The notes beneath the pieces are model-generated. The model did not search any database. It was not told the origin of the DNA and worked only from the letters and a program-made list of their open reading frames with translations. From assembly GCF_006345805.1 (NCBI RefSeq), contig NC_042998.1, forward strand, positions 182,280,001 to 182,344,000: DNA of 64,000 nt, in the 5' to 3' direction. The DNA comes from Octopus sinensis. Lineage: Eukaryota. Both the position numbers and the translations under genes were made by a program. This document shows positions 54,838-64,000 of this stretch, piece by piece (positions within the stretch are counted from its first letter, which is position 1; the number at the start of each line of letters is the position of its first letter).

Positions 54838-55085
54838 TTAACAGAATGAGATAAAAATCCAAGGCTGTGAAAGATTTCAGAACATTTATAAAGAGAAGGT
54901 CTTACAGCTGTTTCCAGGATATTTTATATATATATCTCTTCATCGGAGACTGCGAGAAAATGGTTAAGGAATAGCTTTTCTAGAAAAGATATGAAATAGA
55001 GAGTGAAGTGGAGGAATGAAAATAGATGTGAGATATGCAGGGATATTACATCTACAGTTCCATTATTTAAGCAGAATGGTATACA
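54838..55085 (-). mobile_element. Hammerhead-motif element P1, copy 2
   Basis: Minus strand gtct-CCGATGA-A-GAGATAT..ATATCC-TG-GAAAC-AGCT-GTA-agac at 54899-54950. Confidence 0.65.
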
Positions 55086-56099
55086 TATGAGTTTCCTGTG
55101 TTAGTATTTAAAATTGGTCATTCCAAGCATAGAGTTATTGGATCGAGGTTTTTTTTTGAGGGGGGGGGGTGATTTAAAAGTTGGGGATGTGTTTGTAAGG
55201 AAGAGAGGGAAAAAGTGAGGAGAGAGATTATAAAGAAATGAAGAGAGGGAAAGTGTACTGGCTAGTGGTCAGTCAGGGTAAATTGATAGAAGGAATGGGG
55301 AGGTGAGGGTGAGAGAGAGAGAAAGATATGGTCGTGTAAAGAGATGAGAGGGTAAATAGTAAAGGAGTGTGAGGTATGTAGTGATAGAGCCTCAGTGAAG
55401 GGCAGAGAGAGGGAGGTAGGGGTAGTAAAATGGTGGAATTAAAAATTTGAGAATATAGGTTAGGTTGCTTAGTAGTAGAAGAATATATATATGTGAAGAT
55501 GTATACACATGCGTATATCACACATGTATATAGACATTTAAACACACATCAACACATACATACGCATACAAAACTCGTGTATTTTACGTGCATTCCTGTA
55601 TATACACACTCATTTATATCTAATTTTTACATATATAAAAATTATTGCATACAAAGAGGCATGCATGTAGGCTTGCACATGCGTATAATTGTATGTGAGT
55701 GTATACATATATACACGCATACACGTATATGCACGTACACATGTAGAGGTAGGTTATGTGTAAATATATCAATATCCACAAATACTCATTTATAAATCCG
55801 TGCTTATATAAAATATCTATACCTAGAATCACATATATTCACATGTACCCGCTTGCATTCCTATAAGTACACATACACGCGCAACACGCGTATAATAATG
55901 CATTATGTACAAGTGTATACGTATGTATGTATGTATGTATGTATGTATGTATGTATGTATGTATGTATGTATGTATGTATGTGTGTGTGTGTGTGTGTGC
56001 GTGTGTGTGTGTGTGTATGCACGCGTATATATGGTATAGGAAGTTGGATTTGATCTGCTTACCATATGGAGTTATCAACCAAATAGTTTTACTAGGACA

Positions 56100-56720
56100 T
56101 ACCTTGTCATTAGGGTAATTATCGTTAAAAGTCCTAGATTTACTTTTACAACGTAAAAAGGGACTTGAACGGTTATCTCACTTACGCTGCAAAATTGCAT
56201 TTTTCGATTTAGTGTTGTTATTCGAGTTAAAATTTATATTGTTATTACCGTTATGACGTGTTTTCATGTCCTGATTAATAGAGGTAGAATTAATGTCAAT
56301 AGGGCTAATATAGGTAATTTTTTTCTTTTTCGCCTGCTTTAAGTAAGGCAGAGTTATAAAATTCGGCTTTATCGTTGAAAATATCAACATTGGCAGATAA
56401 TCTAGGAAGTCTAAGCGAAATATTTCAAACTAAATTCCTTTTAATAGCCTTACGGTGATTACTGAAAGAGCTAATATATTTTAAATTAGTTGAGGATTTA
56501 TGGTATGGGAAATATGAACCATTATATAAGTTAAGGGTAATATCCACAAAGTTGGTTTTAGTTATATCATCATCGAAAACAATACTTAAGCCCATGCTTC
56601 AGAAAAATTTAACCAACCTGTTTTTAACCCTTTGTAATTTCTGGTTAGAAACATTTTGAAGGTAGAGTAGACAATCATAAGGATATAAACCTCCATTGAT
56701 GTTTAAAATTCGACCTTTAA
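56100..56720 (-). pseudogene. Penelope-like retroelement RT C-terminal fossil
   Basis: NGGLYPYDCL (GGLYRDDGL-like, 56668-56700), KTNFVDITLNLYNGSYFPYHK, SNHRKAI, RLSANVDIFN, YNSALLKAG. Confidence 0.72.
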
Positions 56721-57389
56721 CTGTCTTCTTACATTTCATTTCCACTACACATATCTATTTCCACGCTTTTAAGCTTTATTCATATTCATCTATCCCACTA
56801 TATTTCTCCACTCTTAATTTTCTGTTAATTTCTTTCTGTTTCAATCCTTCTCTTTCTTTAAATTGCCTTTAACGGTTTTTAAAAAGTAGCTTGCCAGCGT
56901 TCCCCTTCATCATATGCACGGTAATTACATTCAGCTAAAATGGCTTATTGATGTGCTTTGTTTCTCTTTTTTCCCTGACGTGATGATTGCTTTGTTTGAC
57001 ATTTTATTCCCTCCGGAATAATATTAATGTTTTATTCGAAACATATGTCGGAAGTATAAAGATTTGAATAACACCTGCGTTTAACTCAATTTCTTAATTT
57101 ATATATATTTCATTTCATTTGAGTTTGAGTCCATGCTCAGGCCAAGTCGAAGACTCCACCCTCAGAGTCTGGTGTGGTTGCCAGGTTGTATTCTCTGTTT
57201 AATATATATATATATTTGATTATTCATTTAGCTTTATTCTTTTATTTGTACAAATATACTGATGCACATAATCCACACCATGTAAATGTTCTACTTGGTT
57301 CCATCCCTACCCTCATCGATATGTAAAAACTCACACACATGCATAGTCACACATATGCACACACATAATGGAAATAAATAAATAAACAA

Positions 57390-57597
57390 TTGTTTTAAAT
57401 TTTGGTACGATATTAACAATTTTGAGGGAGGGGGTTTGGTCTATGCCATCACTTCCAGTACTTTATTAATACTTTAATTTATCGACCACAGACGGATTTA
57501 AGGCAAAGGTAAACGCGGCAGAAATCAGAACGTAAAGAGCTAGTAAAAATATTGCAAGTTATTGTGTTTGACACTCCAGTGATTCTGTCAGTTCAGA
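57390..57597 (-). mobile_element. Old SINE A2 copy
   Basis: Reverse tail ttttaaattttggtac and core tttaatttatcgacc. Confidence 0.5.
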
Positions 57598-59999
57598 GCA
57601 CCGAAATAAAGACGAATGGGTGCAGCAATGACAAACCTCAAGAAAGGTGAAATGTATCTGTCGTTCTTGTGTGTCACTGAAGTGATGATGTTCGTCTCGC
57701 GCCAATATGTACTGTTTTTAACATAGCAAATTTATGAAAAATTTTTACCTGAAACAAATCCACAACATCAAGCCCTCTAACTGCGTGTATACATTTACAA
57801 TGATACTAAGATGGCGATTTTAATTTAATGCTGTTTTATTACTAAGGAAGACATAGCGTATTTGACACTAACCCTCAGAGGCCAATAAATAAGGTGACAA
57901 AGAAAACAAGTGCAGCAAAGCTGCTAATTTAAGTTTAGCACAGGGACAAATTAACACGACGATGTAGAAGGTTCATGAATGTCAAACTGTATTTAAATGA
58001 CGCCGTGTGTTATAGAATTACGTAAAACTGCCAGTAGTCAAGTTGTTCATTAAGCTATTATTGACACAAAATGTTACTGCACTGAAAATACCAAGAACAA
58101 AATTAAAATAGCCACAGAGGATCGGTAGCATATTTGTGAATATGCAAAGCGGAAAAATGTCGATTAAACGCTAAAGTGAAAAAAAAAAAACGCCCAATAC
58201 CAACACTCCTTCGAAACAGCAAGCGAAATGTTTAATATCTTAAGGAAATACCAGAAATAGATATATCAATTTGAAATAGATAGAGATAAAGTACTGTACT
58301 GACAGGAAGAGTGTAACATAGCAACAGGTTAGCTCATAAAACAACGAACACAACATCGCTAGGGTTCCATAATTCCCGGAAACACCGTAACAGTAAACAA
58401 AGTAACCAGGTATAATAACTGAAAATAAAATCTCTGTAATTTGATTTTGGCGGAGATATTTGAAATGGTGGACAAGCGATCTTTCATAATCTATGCAATT
58501 TGTCTATATTAAGTGATGGAAGAAAATCTCTGTAAAAATCTAAAGGGAAATATAATCGTTGCTATTTACAAATGCGATTATTGTTGCGACTATTGAGAAT
58601 AACACGGCATTTTCACGTTGCTGTCTAATTATAAGGTGCTAAATCGATGCGGCATTATTTTGTAGGTGCGATTATTATCACTGTGCAGCCCATTTACACG
58701 TCTGAATTTGGTTTGCATGACAGAGCTGCGATGTGAGTGAATGAGAATCGCACGGAACAAGGAAATATATAAAGAAATACTGGTTATTTCAAAGGGAAGC
58801 AGATTATTCACTTCCTGGCAGTGATGCGAATTAGAGATTTTGATATGGGTAAATATGAGAAAATCAAAACTAAACGAATTGTTTACGCGAATATATGATA
58901 GCTTTGGAAAACGCACACCTTTGTACTAGACAGAATAATTGACTACTTATACGGAAACATTATTGAGGCCGTATATAGGATAGAAAAAAATAATTCTAGA
59001 ATACGCATGAAATATTGATTGGAAAAAGTTACAGCGAATGATAAGAGTAGATCACGTGGTTTCGGGTGATATATATCAAATATGAGTAAGTCGATGTAAA
59101 AAGAAAGTGAGAAAGTACCACAATGCCTAGATGCTATTAGAATAAAGAATAAAGTTAGAATAAAGGAAGGGAAAAAGAAACAGAATTGTAAGGAGCTGAA
59201 ATGGTATCTTAGAATCGTAATAAGACTCTTGCGAGGTGAAGTTACCGCTCGGTTTCAATTCTCAGTTGCAATTGTTTCTTCTAAACCTGTATTTCTAATT
59301 ACCTTGTCAAAGAAATAAACATCACCTCTTGTTTCTGCCTTCCTGAAAGTCAGTAGCTCACATTGTCACTGACAATACGCGTATATATGTGTTAATGTTG
59401 AAAAAAAAACAACAAAACAAAACAAAAACAAAAAAAAAAACGGGGAAATACCTTAATATCGAAACACTACTAGCAGTTGTTAAAAGAAAGGGAGAGGGGC
59501 GAAAGAGAAAAAGAATTACAAATATGGATATAAAATATCTTAGAGTAGCAGAAGCACTGTTGGCGCGAAATTACAAAATGGTCCCAACGATCATCTGTAA
59601 CAAGTTTTACTTATAAATAACTTGTCAAAGAAATAACAATCAGATCTAGTTTCTATTTTCCCAAAACAACAATAGTCCTCGTTAAAAAGCATTGTAGTAA
59701 CCATCTGAAGAAAGCGTTCATTTAAAAATTGTAAAATAAATTATTTTTGTATAAAAAATAGACTTATGCCTTCTGAATTTTCTTGGAGCTTGACTTTCTT
59801 CACCGTGACATTCAATCGTGAATTTTATAACATTTAGTACATGTGCCAAATAAATGTTGACTTTCTGTACTTTGTTACTTTGGTGACACATTGTAATCTT
59901 GGTGACTTTCCAACGATGGAATATTTCTTTTGAAAATATTCCCTAAAAAAAAAAAAAAACTTTTTATAGTATAATTATGCTACAGAAAGTGTATTGCAC

Positions 60000-62178
60000 G
60001 TATATCAACCATATTTCGCTTCGCTTGAACTTCATGTGTGTACTCTTTGCTGTTTTCAATATTATCAATTCTATGAGCGCGTTCGTTACATCTATAGTAA
60101 ACTATAGTAAAGGACATTTTACACCGTTTTAATGAACCCACATCTAATGAAGTAGCCATCCTAATGGTAGGTGAGCCCCATGAAAATCGTGATATTCTCA
60201 TTCTTGCTCGAGATAATTCTTTCCCTTGGATAACATCGGTGGCGTGGAGAGGGGAGGCTGGTATGCATGGGCGACTGGGAGGGTAACTTTCTAGGTGCAA
60301 ACCCATGGTCATTCGTGACGGAAGGGGGTCTCCGCTCGAGATAAAAACCTTAAACGTGTTTCAGAGACTCATCTCTTTTATGATGCTCTCCAGAATCCTC
60401 TTATTTTGTGGAATAGACAAGATGGATATCAATTCAATATTTCACAGATTGAACCTGCAACAACAAAGCCAATTACAAACAAAAAGATGTTGTTGAATGA
60501 CTTCTATTCTTACCAACTGATGTTAAGACCAGAACAACCAAATCAATTACACATGTATCGTGATCTGTTTCGGCAATACCTGGTTGATATGTATGCTAAA
60601 GTTGAGAGTCAGCATCTCCTCTACATTTGTAACAATCAAAAAAAAAGTTAAGGGATAAAAATTATGTTCATCTCCAAGATGCTCTGAGGATGATGATGGT
60701 GATATTCAAAACATGGGGCAACTTATAATCCTTCCATCATCATCATTCACAGGTGGTCCTTGATATCTGCATGAACAAACACAAGATGCTATGACATGTG
60801 TCAGGACATATGGAAAACCAGATCTTGTTAGTTTCACCTGCAATCCTAAATGGGAGGAAATAAAATCTAACCTTCTTCCAGTGTTGCATCTTCTGGTATT
60901 GCAGCTACCCTCCTCAATGGGGGAAGAATTGATCATTCCATGTTCAAGCTCCCTCTAAACATTGCAATGAAAGAATCTCAAATGTGCAACATTTCCAAAA
61001 AATTTGCAATGGCAACAATTCTCCAACAAACTTGCTTCATTGTTTGGGATGAGTGCACTATGTCACATCGTGGAGCTTCAGAGGTATTTTACCGCACCCT
61101 TTAAGACATAAAAAACAATAGCACGCTCATGGGAGGAGTAACAGTTCTTCGTGCAGGACATTTTCGCCAAAGCTAATGAGGTCAATGCATGTTTTAAAAA
61201 ATCGGACCTTTGGAGACGTGAAAAAACTTCATCTTACAAACAACATGAGAGTATTTCTACAAGGTGATCATACGAGCTTCTTAAGATTGGTAAAGGGATA
61301 TTTACATTCAACTCAAGACTTCAGCTCCATGAAATTATATGCAATCAAATAATACTTTCTCTTAGGGATCTTATGGATAAAGTATTTCCTAATTTATCTG
61401 TCAATTATACTGATGTAAACTGGCTATGTGAAAGAGCTATACTAGCTTCAACTAATGAAATGGTAGATAAACTCAATCATGAATTTCTTCAAACGTTAAC
61501 AGATACATCAGGGATGTCTTTTCGATCAATTGACAACAGTCGATCGAAATCAGGTTGTTCAATACTCTGTTGAATTTCTCAACACTTAAACCCACTGGGA
61601 TGCCATTACATAACTTGACACTAAAACTAGGTGCTCCCATTATGTTGCTTAGGAATCTTGACCATCTCACCTGTGTAACGCATATCGCTTAATTGTTACT
61701 TCCATGAAGCCCCATGCCCTACAAGCAACAATCATAATAGGTAGTCACAAAGGAGAAAATGTCTTTATACTAAAAATTCCTCTCATACCTATAGATGTTC
61801 CAGTTGAATTTAAGACGCTTCAGCTTCCATTCAAACTAAGTTTTGGTATTTCAATTAACAAATCTCAGGATAGTTGCACTTTATCTCTCTACTACATTCT
61901 TCTCCCACGGCCAACTCTATGTTGCTTGCTCGCGAGTTGGAAGCAACAACAATTTATTCGACACCAACAAAAAAATTACTCAATGAATATTGTTTACCTT
62001 GAGGTGTTTCAACATTGACAAATTTTCAGTTCGAATTTTTATTATCATTACAATTTGGATTTGTTTTAATAAAATATAGATATTTCCAAATAATTATGAG
62101 AATATATCTTTATATTTATTGCTTACTAATCTGAATAAGAACAGCAGTAACCCGGGCAACGCCGGGCCATTCAGCTAG
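60000..62178 (+). mobile_element. Decayed autonomous Helitron (Rep fragment + PIF1 helicase fragment) with intact 3' end
   Basis: FNEPTSNEVAIL, RVSETH..YDALQ.P, FRQYLVDMYAKVE, VRTYGKPDL..FTCNPKW; then ASSGIAATLL.GGR..HS.FKLP, IVWDECTM, WLCERAILA, LKLGAPIMLLRNL, LSFGISINKSQ; hairpin cccgggcaacgccggg + CTAG at 62151-62178. Confidence 0.92.
60217..60333 (+). mobile_element. 117-bp retro-insertion (probable SINE 3' tail) with 11-bp TSD inside Helitron Rep
   Basis: TSD gctcgagataa at 60206 and 60334; removing it restores LARDKNLKRVSETH. The SINE-tail identity is from recall. Confidence 0.8.
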
Positions 62179-62511
62179 TATATTACACACACACATTTTG
62201 TATTCATTCATACATACATACGCAGATACATTCACACATGCATGCACATGTATACATGTATGTGTGTGCACGTGTGTTTGTTTTTCTCTTCATGATTGTC
62301 CTGATGAGCTCGTGAAGAGCAGCTGAAAAGTACAACTGCTGCAATCAAATTCGCATTAGGAATATAGTTATCCTGTCTAGTAGGCGTTGAGCTCTCTAGC
62401 AAGGTTTGGGGGTTATTCTTGTCATAAACAAAAAGTATAATTATCATATATATGTGTGTAACTAATACATCCACATCCACACACACACACATATATATAT
62501 GCATATATGTG

Positions 62512-62557
<46 letters not shown>

Positions 62558-62762
62558 TATATATACATTCCATACAAGAGCAAACAATTCACGAGAAAAA
62601 TAATTCCCGAAAACTTAATTTGCTAACATATTATTAATTCTGTTATTATCTGGTGTGTCTATTTAAAAAAATGATAAAAACAGAATCAATAATATAGGCG
62701 ATTGCAGGCCCAAGAAAAGCATCAAATAGCTGAAGGATTAAAATTTATCAAGGGACATACTA

Positions 62763-63117
62763 AGTATGTCTGCTTGCTGGAAATAACAGTCAAAACTCTT
62801 AATTAAATCGCCAAGATACATTGATGGTAACTTCCTCACTGGTGGCTGTAATTGATTTCGGCGCAAAACGAATCATTTGCGGCGCAGATTTCAAAACGAT
62901 AGGTTGGGGGTCTCCATCATTGTAACGCATGCCGAAAAAGCCAAGGCGATAGTTTTGCCAGTGCAGAAACCTGTCCACGCGAGTCCAAATACTTAAATGT
63001 ACGTTAGGAAATTTTATTAACCTGATCTGCCTTCGGTTGATTTCTGTAGATATCATCAGTGTATTTTGGCGATTTATATAAGAGTTTTGACTGTAATTTC
63101 CAGCAGGTAGACATACT
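62763..63117. mobile_element. MITE-like element with ~67-bp imperfect TIRs
   Basis: 62763-62829 is approximately the reverse complement of 63051-63117. Confidence 0.75.
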
Positions 63118-63206
63118 GATCCTACCATACTGTGTAGTCGATGAAAAAAAGTCCATGCACGAAATAAAAATACAAGACGGCGACAATTTATCCATCGCTC
63201 TGTGCA

Positions 63207-63287
<81 letters not shown>

Positions 63288-64000
63288 TTACAGTTTTACT
63301 TTTATGTATTTCAGCCACATGTAGTGGCCATACCGGAATACCACTATGAGAGTTGAGTTGGTTCGAGCTTCGCTGTTGGTTTGATGCTACGAGGCGACAA
63401 TAACTGGAAGCAGTTGTCCAGTTATGGACCATTGTCCACAATTATGGTCGCCACATAGCGCCAAATGCTCTGTATATGATCAATATGGTTTCCTATTTTT
63501 GTAGTAAATGGTCTCAGAATTCAACAAGCCAGTTGCTTGCATATTAGTGATCTGAACTCAAAATGATGGATCATTACTGATGTGGATTCCCAGGTCATGC
63601 ACCGATTGTGATTCGGTGATAGCGGAAAGCTTGGAATTTTTCAACAATGGATTGTGTTCTTTTCTTCAAATGATTTTTATGTTGCGTTCAGGTCTTTCTG
63701 TAGTTTCGCATTAAAATCCGGAGGGTTAACTGTCTGTGATACTTTTGTATTGTCAGCAAAGCGGTGTAAGTCTACATATGTATTATGTGTGTGTGTGTGT
63801 GCGCGCATGCGAGCACGCGTATGCGTACGTATGTGTAGCAATGTCTTGTCAATGAAAACAACCTTATTCATTGAGTTTTGTGATGATTAATCATACGGTA
63901 AAATTTATACATATGTTACCATGTGGGTTGCGATGGTGGAAGACTTGGCTAGCTTCTTCAATGAATGCATGTTGATTAACGATATAGGGAGGTTATGAAT

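Noticed and set aside
62799-63349. Non-repetitive-looking ORFs (162 aa minus, 96 aa plus) with apparent splice sites at 63050-63106
   Set aside because: They overlap a MITE whose inverted repeats explain the sequence; no recognisable protein.

Overview
AT-rich, microsatellite-saturated eukaryotic genomic DNA with no recognisable intact host gene. The SINE families and repeat landscape resemble, from recall, an octopus/coleoid cephalopod genome; this is not database-verified. Almost all ORFs in the supplied track are artefacts of (AT)n, (GT)n, (ATCT)n, (ACAT)n or (TAC)n arrays. The informative content is a layered fossil record of mobile DNA. DNA transposons: a Buster/Charlie-type hAT fossil, a mariner nested in a Tc1/maT-like remnant, a pogo-type MITE, one decayed autonomous Helitron and four non-autonomous Helitron-like elements. 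Retroelements: RTE, I-like and restriction-like-endonuclease (RLE) LINE fragments (two of them inserted in microsatellites), a Penelope-like RT fragment, and more than 20 tRNA-derived SINE copies built from shuffled modules. The most interesting hidden layers are: (1) several families of small (AT)n-bounded elements carrying minimal hammerhead-ribozyme motifs with palindromic stem III, typical of Penelope-like pseudo-LTRs/retrozymes; (2) a 5S rRNA-SINE chimeric retrocopy within one 15-bp TSD; (3) a circularly permuted SINE and a dimeric SINE; (4) an apparently (ACAT)n-targeting RLE retrotransposon stacked three times. All coordinates were read by eye and may be off by a few bases.
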